Notes: generated from the letters alone by a model not told the origin. A DNA stretch of 64,000 nucleotides from Oikopleura dioica (GCA_907165135.1 OU015567.1:12400001-12464000); one strand, 5' to 3'; numbered from the stretch's first letter, positions 34,922-49,167 are shown. Numbers and translations: made by a program.

Positions 34922-37908
34922 ATGCGAAATCGAGGGGGCTACAAGAATTACAGAGGTGGTGGAGGAGGTGGATACAAGGGCTACAACCGCGGGGGAAAGT
35001 TCAACAACTACAACAAGAGAAGAAGATCGAGTTTTGACAGAGACGACTATCAGAACGAAGAGCCGGAAGCACCCTTTGAATCTAGTGGCGCTCCATTAGG
35101 TATAGATCTTATTTGATTTCAACTGCTTTAACACGTTGAAGGGAACTTCAAAATCGTCCTCGGCGGCGGAGACAATCGAGTGATCGCTGGAGAAGGTGAG
35201 GATGTCCCGTCTATTCAAAGTCGCCTTGGTCCAATCGCAAAACTACGAACCCGTGTTCATTCTTCGGAGGAAAATGACTCTTCCGAAGAAGCGTTACCGA
35301 AAACTATCTCAAGCAGAATTGTCAGACCCCCAGAAGATCCTAAAGAAACGTCAGAAGCTTCAAAATCGGGATCTAAATCGAACAGAGTAATCACTGTCGG
35401 CAAAGATGAAGAGACAACCTCGAGAAAGTCTTCTAAGGAAGAGAAGAAAGTCAATGGCTCATCGAAAATCGGACCGAATCATTCTCGATCAGCAAGAATC
35501 TCTAGTAGAAGATCTTCAAAAAGTCCAGAGTCTAAGAAACGCCGTTCAGCGACCCCTAAGCGTCGAAGATCCCGATCAATTTCTCCAAAAGTCTCTAAAA
35601 GGTCCCTCTTTCCCGATCTCCCACCCCCAAGCGCAGCTCTCGCCGAAGCCTGTCCAAAGAAAAATCGAGGAAGATCTCATCCGACCGTCGAAAGATCGAA
35701 CCCGCTAAAGATCGTCCAAGATCGCCCACAAAGACCTCTAACGAAAATCGACCCACTGAAATGAAAGAACCCACAGAAAATCAAACTGCTAAATCGCGCC
35801 CACTAGTGCTCGATAACCCACAACTGACTCAGATTGACATTGACGAGCTCGTCGAGCTCAACTTTGATTTTTTCAAAAAGCGGCTGAAAAAGATCGTTAA
35901 CCAACGCGATCGGCTTGGTCGCACGCCACTCATGATCATATTGGACTTTACCGCCGTCAAAGCAAACGTAAAATCCTTCGAGGAGAGCCAGTTCAAGCAC
36001 GTGACAAAGGCTACACGCGAATTGATAAATGCAGGCGCTGATTTACGGGTGAAAGATATCTTCGGCGATACACTTATGCAATATCTTGCACGATGGCGAT
36101 TTGGAAAGGAGAGCTTCAAGGTTAAAAATTGAAAAATAGCGATAGTGAAAAAATCGCGATTTTGATTCTGTTTGTTTCTCTTTGGGAATGTATCGTTTCA
36201 GTCGAAGAGTGAGCAACATCTGCCCCGTCGCATGAGGGAAATACTCAAGGAATTGCCTTTGAAAGAAACCGGTCGTGGAGCTCTTTCTATTGCTAATCTG
36301 AAGGATGCTGACGGACGAGCGTTTTATCATAATTTATTCTGGTCCAATTTTAGAGGTGCGTCCACTCAAGAGTCGTCGCATCCTAAAGCGTTTCCTAGAT
36401 CAAAGCCAAGTGGAGGTTGATCGCCTTGCTTCTGCGTTTGAAATTATCGCTGGCAGCTTGAAACTATCCGATGAAGATTGGGAAATCGAAGACGGAGAAG
36501 GAAATACACTTGCAGATACTCTTCTTGAGTCGGAGCTGTTTTCGAAGGCTGCTTATAGAGCAATGAAAGAAAAATCTGGACGGGTAATTGATCTCCCGTA
36601 AAACTGGTGTGAAAAGTTATTAGGTCGAAATAAAACCAGTTGAGCGAGCGCCTGATAAATTTGGAGAAAATCCTTTCAAGCCAAAGGTTTGTTTATTTTT
36701 ACAAACATTTCTCGATTCTTCTGCTAGAAAAAGCAATCTCCTCGCCAGTCAATTCAAGAAGAACAACGACCAAAACGAAGGGACTCTCCATCGCCAGTTA
36801 GAAGAAAGAGATCCAGTGAATCTGACAATCAATCAAGACAAAAGTCAGTTGAAAGACCTCCACCAAGAAAACAGCAACAGGAAGTTGCTTATTACAGTGA
36901 TAGTGATCATGTAAGTGTCAAATATGTCGTCTGTTTTTACACCGGTCATAGGCAGATGAAATGGATATTCACGCCAACGCGGATGATTTTATTGACGATG
37001 TTATTCAAATGATTCCTCAGAAGAAAAAGAACAGAACGACATCCCGAAGGAGTGAAACGTAGTACCAGTCCTTTGAAAAAAGAATTAAATTTAGTTTTAG
37101 TCCGAAAAGAAAGAGATCTCGTTCACGAAGTAAATCAAAGCGAGTTGACCAAGGAAGAAATGGAAGACGAGAACCTGAAACGAGAAGCTCCCGTCGAACG
37201 CGACGAAAGTCTCCTACTCCGATTCAAGAGGAACAACCAAGGCGATCGGATTCTAGAACAGGAATGACTAGGAATCGAAGAAATAGCGATGCTCACCGAT
37301 CTCCTGTTCGACGAACTTCAAACGATGAATCAAGGACAAGAAGACGAACGCATCATTCTCCAGAAGCAGTTCATCGAAATGAGTCTCGTGGAAGAAGAGA
37401 ATCTCCTCAAAGAAGACGCCCATCAAGGCATGTTTCGAAGTCTCCGGAGCGAAAAAGGCCAATGCACGCCGAAGACAGACGGCATAGAGATAGAGGCTCG
37501 CCCGTTAGAGTTATAGATTCAAGGTTGGTTCCAATCAATCGCTCTAGATCCGAATGCTCTTTTAGAAGTCATAGGAGACGAGGAGACATGAGCCTGAAGA
37601 GATCGCGTGATCGAAATCAACGAAGATCAATGTACTAACTCAATCGTAGTTGAATGTTTGATTTATTTTTAGCTCCAACTCGCCGCCTAGAAATTTTGAA
37701 CTTGCTGGCTCTCGTCACTCTCCGCTAATCGATGACCGCCGCCGGTAAGTTCCTCCCGTGAATCAATCACAATTTATAAACTCTGGTCGGGCTAATCAAT
37801 TGGACTGATTGTTTTATTCCCAGCTATTCACCTGAGAGAAGAGGATCGCCGGAGAGAAGATCGCGCCGCGAGTCCAAGGATCAATTACTGCGCCTTGCAA
37901 ATTATTGA
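34922..37908 (+). CDS. RGG/RS-rich protein with central ankyrin-like repeats; apparent 1-nt frameshift near 35604
   Basis: N-terminal RGGYKNYRGGGGGG, RS/SP-rich tracts, and ankyrin-like VNQRDRLGRTPLM and LINAGADLRVKDIFGDTLMQYL. Exons were joined by hand to TGA at 37908. Confidence 0.6.
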
Positions 37909-38216
37909 GCTGAAAAATCAACAAAAACAAAATCCTTGGGCAAAAATCATTCTTGCTCTACCAGTATTAGCCTCTAAACATATGTACGCCGCAAATTGAT
38001 CGAATCTTTCAACTTGTACGCGCCGTGCTTTTCCCTGGACACACGCGCCCAAGGACAAAGCGGTTTCTCCCCTCTACGTAGTCAAGAAATTACACTTCCT
38101 GCCTGTCATCATGTCATCATTAGTAAAAATATAGTTGTGGTTTTAAACACTCCGGAACAAAACTGAGAAACTGGCGGTTTCAGAAGGAAAAAAATGACGT
38201 AGAAAATAAGCTCACA

Positions 38217-41200
38217 ATGGACTCCGATGTTTTCGTCGATTTCTTGCTTGATAACGGTCTGTATAAAACTGCACAGGAGCTGATAATCGAGCTAGAAGCG
38301 GCTGGTGAGCCAGTGCCAGCAAAGTTGATAGGTTTCTTTGGTAGAGCGGACAGTAATTCGGTCAAATCTGGTGAGAGTGGAATCAAGGAAGACGCTGGTC
38401 ATAGACTTAGCTCTGAACAGCTCGCGTTGTATGATGTTTTATCCCAAATCGCCCCAGGAAAGTGTTGATAAATCAAAGCGTTATCAATCTATGGATAATA
38501 GAAGAAATTTTTCAAACCTTTGTTGAGAAAGCAAAGGCGGTCCCGAAGAAGAATCAAAAGCACTTCTTCGTTACAAGTTAAAATTGGCAAATGAAGAAAT
38601 TGAACGATTAAAAGCTGCACCGTCTGAGCCGAGAACTTGTGATTCTTTCAATACTGTCTTAAATCCGATGAATGAAAAAGTCGCGCCTGTCGATAATCTT
38701 GACCAACTGGTGATGAAATATTTGGAAGATAGAGGGCTTGAATATTCTGCTTCCACCTTATGCGACGAGGCTAATCTTGGTAAACAGTTTTTCAAGGCCC
38801 ATTTCCCTAAAAATACTAAGATCCATCTTTGGACCCGCAGCCAACCCTTGTTGAGCTTGTTAACTCAGCATCCTCTGAAGATTCTGGACCTTCATCGATT
38901 CTACTGGAGAAGAAACTCAAAGAGAAAACTATCGAGCTTGAAAAAGCCAAGTCTGATTTGAGAGCTGCTCATGTTGAAATCGAGCGTTTCTCGCAAAGTC
39001 TTGTCGACAATATGTTGACAATGGATACTCCTGTTCTCGCAACTCCAACCATGCCCACTTTATCCGGATCTATGAAAGGCAGTGTCGTGCAGGTTTCAGA
39101 AGCAATCTGGAAAATGATTCAAGAGAATGCGAATATCGTCGATAATGAAGACAACAAGGACACATTTATTGCCAACGATATGCCAAATTTATTGGGAATC
39201 ATAGAAGACTGTATAGAGCCGCTTCTATCTGGAATCCTACTCAAACATAGACCACTACTAATTCCACTACTTTTGTCAGCTGCGTATCTCTCATCATCGC
39301 CTGAGAGCAACGACGTTTTCCTCAAAAAATTGTTTAATTTGATCAAGGTAAAATTTCAATTATTTAATTCGCCAAATATTTGCTTTTCTAATTAGAGTCC
39401 ACGCTTTGAGTTAGTCATCCTTTTTAGCACTTTTTAATAGTCAGAAATGAAAAGTAGATAATCTATTTAGAGATGATCGATTAGCGAAAAGTTGTTCATA
39501 CGCATAATATTTAATGAAATCTAATTTAGAAACCTGATGAAGGACAAAGAGAAATTATCGCTCGGGGCTGTGCCGCGTACGCGAAATTCTGCGGAGACAC
39601 GCGATGCGAGGCTGAGTTGTTTCCGCAACTGTGGCTGCAGCTGGATCACAAACACCCGGAGAGAAGACTTTTAGTAGCGGAAACCGCTGCGGCTCTAGCT
39701 CTGGAAACTGGGCCCAAATCGCATCCGTTACTGATGTCTATTTGCCAGCAACTTCTTGAAGACAAGGTTTCTGAAGTGAGAGTAGCAGCTGCGAATTCAT
39801 TCGCTGTTCTTTTGTCGTATTCTGACGATGTCGATAAATTAAGGTACCGAAACCGGGTTCGAAATTATATTGATTTTATTTCTAGTTCTATCCAAAATAG
39901 CAGCATAAAAATTATAAACGATGATAGTATACCCATGGAAACAGCCTTACTTGTTCTATCTATCATTTCTAAAGTTTCATTCGAGGTAAATAAATAACAA
40001 ATTTCGTCTAGATAAAGCGTTTTTAGGCTGAAAAAGAATCAAATTTGGTGCATAAACTGCTAAAAATCGTCGAAACTGAGCAGGACTCAAAGCGAGCCCT
40101 CAGAGCTGTAGCTGAAATTTTACCTCATTTTTATGCCGTCCTTGTTATTGATTCTTCTTGTTCATATTCGACAACTTCTCAATCGAAGGAGTGTTTTTAT
40201 GTTTCCAAGTTCAACGCCATATCGAATGCTTATCCTGAAGCCGCTGAATTACCCGCTGACAATAATTGGAAGACTGCTTCAAATCAGGAACACAGTCGTT
40301 TCAATGTCATTCTCACTCTTCTCACAAAGCAGATGGTCCCTCGTCTAGTCGACTGTGCCCTTGAATGCCCTGTTATGCCTGATTTCTGCGAGATTTGGAC
40401 TGAAATATTCGCAACCCTTGCCCAGCTCTTTGGCCCTTCTTTTATCAAGACCTATGTTAATCCACTGATGATTTCCGAGCTTGGATTGTTTACCGATTCG
40501 ACTGAAAAAACTGCCTTGCAGACGATTCTCGTCTCCTGCTTCTGCTCTGGGTGCATTGCCACGCTGATTGACGACAAATATATGTTTGAGTACTTTTCAA
40601 TGGTCCTGCGCGAGATTCTTTTTAAAATAACGCCACTGTACATGAATGGATTCGAAATTACGATTGAGTCGCTCCTGCAACGAGAGGGAAAATCTGATAT
40701 TGTTGCAAAGAGAGTGAATGAAGCAACGATGGGAGTTTTATGGGAAGGTGTGACGAACGAAAACGAGGATATTCGGAAAATCACTGCGAGAGCAATCACT
40801 TGTGCTGCGAGGAAGCTTTCCCTGACGGATATTTCCCGTCAATTATTTCCAGCGTTGAATTCAATTTGTCTAGGTATGAGTTTTCCTATGCCGTCGTTCA
40901 CAAAAATTAGACTCGTCACAAACGATCAGGAAAGAAGCATCGAACTGCGTCGCGGTTGTGATTCAACGAACACAAGTTGAACGTCACGACGATCTCGAAA
41001 AGCGCCTTCAAAAGATCGTTATGCAGCTGATGGTGGATCAGTTTTCAGATGTAAAGACGAGCATCATCAAGACTCTCGTCCCAATAGGTTCTTAGTTTAA
41101 TCTTTCTTTGATTTCAATCATAAATTAGCTCTTGACTCCGATCAAACGTACCGTGAAGACTTTTTTCTCCCCCAAGTCGCTATGGTAGTAACGAACATCA

Positions 41201-41595
41201 CTCCAGCTTCTGTAGATACGTCACTGGTTGAAACGATCCTTGATTTATATGATCAGTTGTTGAGGTGATTCATCGATATATTTTTATCATCGAACAATAA
41301 TTAAAATTAGTTCCAACACGATGCTGTCAAATGGGTGTTTAACAGCAAACGTCATACCAGCATTAGAATCACTGGAGCCTATCTGTAAAACAAAAGTATT
41401 TCATCGGATTATACAGCTGCAGTCGCTGATTAGGACTTCGATCAGTCGTGTGGAACCGAAGCAAGGGTAATTTACAACTACGTAAGAGTAATTAATGCCC
41501 TTATGTAATTTTTCAGATCACCGCCTCTTACTACGTCGAAATCGGCTTATAGTCTTTCATCTGTCTTGCGAAACCCTTTCTCAAAGAAACAGTAA
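38217..41595 (+). CDS. RELCH: RAB11-binding LisH/coiled-coil/HEAT protein (KIAA1468)
   Basis: LisH-like FLLDNGLYKTAQELIIEL, plus LFNLIKKPDEGQREII and EAELFPQLWLQLDHKHPERRLLVAE. Confidence 0.85.
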
Positions 41596-41974
41596 TTTTC
41601 CAGGAAATCAAGGAAAAAACAAACGACAAAAATTTTACTGAATAATAAGTAGATTAATAATATTAATTAAATATTTTATTAATATTTTTACTTAACAAAC
41701 TTCAACTTCTCTTCTGTCATTATTTCGCTCTGTGCAAAACTTCAGTCAATCATTTCTTCAGCAACACTGCATTAAGATATTAGTTCTCCATCTGTACAAT
41801 CATCTCCAAAAGCTTCATTAACTCCTATTATTCACTGTGACGGGTTACCTATTATTTATACTTAGAAATCAGTTATGATTATCAACCAACTAGCAGTAGA
41901 ATAGATACTTCTTCAAACGAATAAACACCAACATTCTGAATTTAGTAGACTGGTTTCGGCCAAAAGAGCGTAGA

Positions 41975-43817
41975 ATGACTTCGGAGCAGCCAAAAGTAGA
42001 AGGCGTTTCAGAAGCCGAGGCGAAGGTTGCTGAGCTCGCCTCAAAAATGAAATCCATCAATAATATCGATATCGAAGCTCTCAAGCGCATGAAAATGATG
42101 CAGGTGAATATTACGTGCAGAGGATACTCTTATAACAATTGTTCTAAGATTATGGAAATGCAAAAGAAAGCGGACTCAATGCCAACTCTCACGCCTGAAG
42201 TCAAGTGGGCTCAAAACCCGGACGCCATTTCCTTGTCTATTATGATCACTCAAGTCGCCCGTCCAAGTAAGCCTTTAGCCATGATTTGATTTCTTAAATC
42301 CGAATTTAGACGTGACTATCAATGGGGACACCTTGGAGTTCGCTTGCTCCGCCATTGGTGCCAGCGGAGAACGGCGCAACTACGAGTTCGAGCTTAATTT
42401 TTATGACCACGTGGATAGAGGATTCATGGTTCGCCCAAGTCAAAACTGTCTCCAGGTCCGTTACTTATATACATTTTTAATTCAAATACTTATCTGCGTT
42501 TTAGCTTATTGTGCGAAAAGATAGAGAATCCTGCACCATGTGGAAGCAGCTGACACGCGGCAATAAGCCGCAATTTCTCAAAAGTAATTACAAAATGCAT
42601 CCTAAAGGTATAACTACACGCATTTTAGTCGATACAGAGAGATGGGTTGACCCAGACGATGTCAAATTCAGGACCCCGGAAGAAATGGAAAAAATGCGCC
42701 AAGAGCAGCTTTCCGAGAGAGAAAGAATCATCGAAGAGCGCTACAAGCAAGTCATGTTTGCCGAAGGTAACTCAGCAGTGTTTATACCCGTTTCAAATTA
42801 ATTGAAGATGTGAAATCGAAAGAGGCAGAACACTCGCGTGAACTCACCAAACGAGTTTATCTCTTCTTGTTTTCGTTTGCTATGTTCCTCGGTTTCGCCT
42901 TCGTGTTTGGAAAGAACGTCTTCGGAATCGTTACTGGTGGAAAAGCTTTCCTCGCCGATTCTTACAAATCTAGCGGTAAAAATTAATAAAAAAAATCTTT
43001 CTATTTTTTATTTAGCTCAACTGATCAACGCTCTCCAGACCTTCGCGTTTCTGGAAGCCCTTCACACTTACTTCGGACTAACTTCTGGCAAAACAATTAC
43101 TTCAATCACTCAATGCGCTGGCAGAGCTATTATCTGTCTCTACCTTTCCCAGTATTCTCGAGCACAGACATCCGAGTTTGTCTTTGGTCTCTGGATGGCT
43201 TGGTCTTTGTCTGAAATTATCAGATATCCTTACTACATGAGCGCCGTAAGTCTCAAAAGAAGGTGACAGCTTTTCATAAAGTTTAAGATCATGAGAATGC
43301 GAATGCCAAAGCTCGAATGGCTCCGCTACACCGCTTTCATCCTCCTTTACCCGATCGGTTGTGTTTGCGAAATGGGCGTCATCGAAGCTGTTATCGGTCA
43401 CTTGATCAACCCTTGGACTGAAATTCTAGAGCCAGAGCCATTGGAAGGTTCCGGTGAGCCTCCAGTCGAGGAAGGAGCTGAGATTCCAGAAGCAGAGCCT
43501 GTGATCATCGAGCATCCCGGCGGAGAAAAGACCAATTTCTTCTGGTTCTTGCGAGTTCATCAATGTGTTCTTCCCGTTGTTGTGATTATGCTCATGTATT
43601 CTATGCTCAAGCGACGATCAAAGGTAACGATCATAAAAGAGATTCAACAATGAATTCATCAATTATTAAAAAGGCCCTCGCTGCCGGCAAAAAGGTTGAC
43701 GAGAACATCGCCGCTCAGCGAGCTAAAAACGCAGAGCGCATGAACGAGCTTCAAAAGAAATTCGTCGCCAAGCAACTTGAAGAGATGAAATCCGCCGACG
43801 AAAAGAAGGATGATTAA
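41975..43817 (+). CDS. HACD3: 3-hydroxyacyl-CoA dehydratase 3 (CS/p23 + PTPLA)
   Basis: CS domain TPEVKWAQ...YEFELNFY, PTPLA motifs LEALHTYFGL, WSLSEIIRYPYY and WLRYTAFILLYPIG, and a final exon ending EKKDD*. Confidence 0.85.
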
Positions 43818-44759
43818 TTAATGCTCCTTTGTGCAGCGAATTTTTCTCTTGTTAGCTTCTGAACTAGGCCTATCTTTATCAACTTATTCTTTTTTATTTC
43901 ACGAATTGGTGAAATCTGTGGTGTCATTTTAAATATTTTCTCAAATGCAGAAATAACGCGTTAGCTTTGCAATAAAGCATTGATGGCTTTTCGAGCACCT
44001 ATCAATGTGGTACTATCGGCGTTTTAAAGATTAATTCTCTGATTATCCTTACGTGCCTCCTTTTTTCTAAAACTCACAAAAGTGTATCACAAGAGTCTTT
44101 ATTTCCCACTTTACTTTCTGTCTTCTTCCTGCTTTTACTGTTACTATCGCAATTTTTTAATTATAGAAAAGATGAATTTTTGGTCGTTCTCCTCGTTGAT
44201 TTCAAATTTTCAATCATCGCTTCCTCGCTCAAAAATTATCCAAATCACCAAGCAAGTCACAAAACATTTACTATCTATCCCAACTGTTGCCAAATATGAT
44301 TTTCTTTTGCTTACTTTTCATTTATTCTAGCTTTTAGGACCATTAGAAGTTCATTTTGAAAAAACAAAATACTTTTACTGTAACTTTCAAAATTGAGCTT
44401 AAAAACTCAATCGAGTGAAAATATAGTGCTATAAATTATCTATTGTATGGAACATATGTTTAATTAAGCAGTAAGGGGAGCACGAATGACATGCGTATTG
44501 ATTCGTGGATAATGACTTGAAATTGAGGGACTCGCGCTCAGATTCCTTTTTGTATTGTTCACCTTTGCGTCTCGGGTCGTAAATTTTTAATAGCGTTTAC
44601 CATATCCGAAAATCCGATCCTGTGATGTCTTAAGTGAACAGCGCCCTTTTTCACGGGACAAGTTTGAGCGAGAGGTTGAATTCTCAGGCGGTAAAAACTC
44701 TTTTTTTTTCGTCAAAAGAGAAAAAAGTTAACCTTCTTCAACAGCAATAAAATTTCAGA

Positions 44760-47032
44760 ATGGCCTCAAATGAGGGTGAAGAAGCTTTGCTAACATGGGT
44801 CCAGTCATTCCCAGAAATCTCCGTAAAAAGTCTTGTCGATCTCTCGACCTGTGTTGACCTCGCGCTCATCTGTACAAAAGTAGACTCTGAATTTTTCGGC
44901 CTTGAATGGAAGAAGAACTTGTCAGACACGTCATTAGAGAACAAAGACCTCTGCAAATTGAATGCAATCAAAGTTTGTGAGCGAGTTCTTGAGTATTATA
45001 AAGAATGCCTAAAACGTGAGTCTTTCAATTTTCCTCCAGTTTTTTAACGATTTACTTTAGTTTCTTTTGTAAATATCGACACGCCAAAATCCGACGAAGT
45101 CGCCACAGGAAATATCAAAGAAATCGCCTGTCTGATACAGTTCATCCTCGGCGCTGCTGTCAACTGTGACAACAAAAACGACTTCATCGGGAGCTTAATG
45201 ACCCTTGATGAGTACGTTCAAGGCGAATTGATGGCGTACATTCAAATTATCCTCGATTCGTGTGTTCCTGTTGGTGAAGAATCATCGAGCATGGACGAGG
45301 AAGATCTGAGGCAGCGTCTTTTTGAGCTTGAAAAAGTTAGTGGGATTCAAACGAGCTCGATTGAATCATTTTCTAGGAATTGGCTCTGAGTGCCGAAGAA
45401 AATCAAGCTCTTAGATCAGATCTTGAATCCGCGAAATCCTTCATTTCTGACAGACAGAACGGCAAGTCTAACGGCGAAATCGACCTGATGGAAAGAAGGG
45501 CGATCGAAACCCAACGCAGACTGGATGAAGTGCAAGAGGAACTCATGATGATGGAGCATCAACGTGAGGAAGAAAGCATCCGACTCGAAGTCGCACTAAG
45601 AGAGGCGGATGATTGGCGACAGGTAAGGCTGTAGATAAGGTTGCCGCTCATCAAGTGTCTTAGAGAACAGAAGTCGCGGAGCAAAAAGCAGACGAAGTCG
45701 CAGTCCTCAAAGACGAAGTAGACTACCTCAGAGAAAAAGCCGACAAAGCAACTCGTCTTCAAGCCTCTCTCGACTCGCTCAGGAGCAAAGCAGAGGAATC
45801 AAACGAGCTGAGAAAAAAGCTTCGCGACGCAGAAGAACTCTCGGCTCAGGCAACAAGGGAGCGCGACGAAGAACTTCGAAAGCTCAAAAGTTACAAAACG
45901 CAGCTTCAAACGACGAAACAGGCACTTGTGGAAGCGCAATCGAAAGCAGTTGATGATGATAGAAGAGTACAAAGGTTAGAGAATGATCTGCGCGCGGAGA
46001 AGGAAAAATCGAAAGTGTCTGAAGCAGCAGCGGAAAGAGTTACGGCAGAGTTAATTTCTCTCAAGGCTCTCAATGAGGAACTCAGGTAAAGTTACACTTT
46101 CATTCTATGTTCCTATGAATTTAAGTTTAAATTCTGGCAACATGGAAAGCCTTGGTGAGTCTCTAGCGGCTGAAACAGCAGCCGGAGACGACATGAGTCT
46201 CATGCCTCCGCAAGTTCGCGAAAAGATGATCCGTCTCCAATCGGAAAACAAAAGACTATCCGAGCAAGTGGACCGAGAAATCAGCAGAGGCCGATCTGAC
46301 AATGTCGAGCTCAATGATACCATCGAAAACCTCCGATCCGAGAAACAGTCGTTGACAGACAAGATCAAGGAACTCGAGACGAAGCTCGCCGAGGGAGGAG
46401 TGAAAGAAGACAGTGAATCTGTTCAAGAGCTCGAAGAGAAGGTCAAGTCCGTCACAGCTGAAAACGCGAAGAAGAAAGAAGAGTTCAACTCGGTTTCCGC
46501 TGAGCTCAACGCGGCTAAGGAGAAAAACAGCGAAGTCGAAGCGTTGCTCAAACAGAAAGATGAAGATATCAAGGTTTGATACTATGTATAGCTTTTGATA
46601 AATATTCTTATATTTTAGGCGATGGAGACGCGATACCGCTCGTACCTAGAAAAAGCTCGTTCGGTCATCAAAACTCTCGATCCAAAGAACAACAACAACA
46701 CTGAAGTCGTCGCCCTCCGCGCCCAAGTTGCCGAAAAAGACCGACTCATCCGCCGCTTAGAAGCAGAAAAAGCCGAAAAGGGCAAAGCTCGCGACCAAGA
46801 AGAAAAGCTCTTGGTCTCAGCGTGGTACAACCTTGGTAACAAAACTATCCGCGGCGCCGTGGACGAGCGAGTTGGTCGCTCGCAACCCGGTCAAAGCTTC
46901 CTCGCCCGCCAAAGGCAACAGACTCAACAAAGGCGGAACCAACAGAGGTCAGTGCAAAAGGCGCGCATTAATGCCGCCGCTGGTGTTTCTGGAGGTGCTG
47001 GTGATAAGAAATTTTTCCCTTCACGATCATGA
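44760..47032 (+). CDS. HOOK: Hook microtubule-tethering protein
   Basis: Hook domain LLTWVQSF and LIQFILGAAVNCDNK, a long coiled coil, and C-terminal YLEKARSVIKTLDPK, EEKLLVSAWYNLG and SFLARQRQ. Confidence 0.9.
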
Positions 47033-47876
47033 AAATGTAGCTCCATCCATCTTCATACAGCCATGTGTACATATGCTGATGTTTGTGATAAAATATGCGA
47101 TTGTGAAATGAAAAATAACTTGTGATATCCTCAGCTTCAATTATTGAATTGATGAGTGAGCTCTTCCTATGACTCATTCTCTCATTCTTGAGCTGTTACG
47201 GTGCGCTTTCGCAGTCTGTTCCTACACCTCGTTTCAAAGTAGTTTTCAAAACGCTTTCCCGTCCGCTTATCTATTGAATTCAAATTGTCTCGCTGCTTAA
47301 ATTTATTCTAGGCATGCCGAATCTTACCCTCTTTTGCTCCTTATCAGAGCCACGCTTATTTTCAATTATTTTTTTACCTTTTATCGTCCAAAGACCTCTA
47401 ACGATCCTACCCGTACATCTTCAAAGCAACATTTAACAATTACACTTTTTAAAATTATTTTTACGTCCGAAGTCCACTCTTTAACGAATCCCTATCAACA
47501 ATAAATTTTAATGGAACGTCTACGTATCTTTTACTATTTTGACGATTTAGTGCGAAGAAATTGCATTCAAGAGAGCTTCAATTTGAACAATTTAAAACAG
47601 CTTCTGCACATGGAAAATCCACTGCTGTTAGATTTTTTCTTTTTCTTTTTGTGCTGTCAAGTTGGCGGCATGTCGGGAAAAATCGAAAAGCGCGTTTTAA
47701 TCGTCAAAGTAATTATTGATAGTAGACGATATGATTTTATTTCGGAGATTTTACGAACACTCGTGAAGAAATTTAAACAAATTCAGTTTGAAGTTAGTAA
47801 AAATTTTGCTTGAGTAGCTTTTGGTGGCTAATAAAAAAAGTAGTTCGCTTGCTATCATTGTAATCCGAGGTGTCTA

Positions 47877-48260
47877 CTATCTGATTATGAAGGTAGAGCC
47901 TTCCACTTGAGGGAGTCTTCCGTTTGTAATGATTATAATCTCCAGAACGTCGCAGCTCTCGTTTCTCGACAATCTGACTAATCTATTGTCTTGGTCGAAG
48001 TTGCAAGATTTCACAGCTGATGACTCTCTCAAGTAGGTAGGAACCTTGATTGATGATTTTCTTGATTGATTCCTGGAAATTGACACTTTTGAATTTGCAG
48101 CTTTGGAATCGAGCAAGGCAAGGGTTTGTATAGCATCCACGACCTGACCTCGAAGCTGGACAATCGAGCGCAAAAGTTTTACCGCAACCTCCAGCAGCGA
48201 GCATCAACGCCAAAGTAACAACGCGGAGAATACAAAACTTACAGTAACACGAATATCCAT
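47877..48260 (-). CDS. Hypothetical small protein, 2 exons
   Basis: ATG GAT ATT CGT GTT ACT|gtaagt: a 54-nt intron (48242-48189) joins in frame to ORF 47877-48173. No homology recognised. Confidence 0.3.
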
Positions 48261-49167
48261 TTATTACATAATAACCAACTTAGCTCGCTTTTGCATCCTT
48301 CAAGCTTTTTCTTCTAGTCGTAGGGTTCAGATAATGCTCCTACCTCTTGATATGTAACTCAAGAAACTAGAACTCCTTGACTTTGGGCACATTTATCCCC
48401 GAAGAAGGTGATTTGTGTTGCCCACAATGCTATCTGGCAGTGCCAATCAGATTCTCGGATTTAGATCATTAATTTATTATTGGTCAATTGAAGATTTACT
48501 CGAATTCGATTGGCCAGAGGTAGTTGTCAACGGCAATTCTTTAACCATATGAATCATATGATATGATACTTTCTGTATCCAAAATCTTGTTTTCGCATAT
48601 CACTTCACGAGACATGAAAAATATCAGTCTATCGAAATATTTTCTTATTTTCCTAAAACTGTAAAATACTAATTTAAACATTTAAAAGTATTTGGGTGTC
48701 ACCATTTCCATACCTTTTCTACGAATAAACAACACTGAACCTTACCTTTTTCTGTACGTCAATTTCAACCCAATTTCATTTTGTTTATGAAATAATTTAT
48801 TTTTCCCTTTTTACTTGTCATGTGCTTATTTTTATTTCTGAAATCCCGCTTCATAACTTAACAAGTTCCATGTCCTTCGAGAGCTTCAGTTGACGAAAAC
48901 AGTTTTGTTGCTTTTGCTTTAATAAACGATAAGGATGAATCAACTTAACCCGTTTAAATAATTTACTTTTAATTTTCTCGAACTTTGACTTTCTTGAAAA
49001 TAAAATTTCAAACTTGCTGTATAAAAAAAGACAATGAATAGGCGCCTCCGGAACATGGATTCTGCCAGGTTCTTATTCTTTCTTCTGAGCATTGAATTTT
49101 CTTTAATTTTCTCAGGGCAGGAAAAATGAAAATTAACTGAAGAGTAAAAGATTGAGAATTGAAAAAA

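Noticed and set aside
36272-36353. Apparent frameshift at the T4 run near 36350
   Set aside because: An 82-nt GT-AG intron explains the frame change, although the skipped segment reads ankyrin-like, so some doubt remains.
37050-37100. Possible GA-AG intron in the RS/ankyrin gene
   Set aside because: The GT donor at 37059 gives a normal 42-nt intron in the correct phase.
38780-38840. Possible GC-AG intron in RELCH (38797-38840)
   Set aside because: A canonical 41-nt GT-AG intron (38780-38820) restores the frame equally well, so it was excluded from the non-canonical set.
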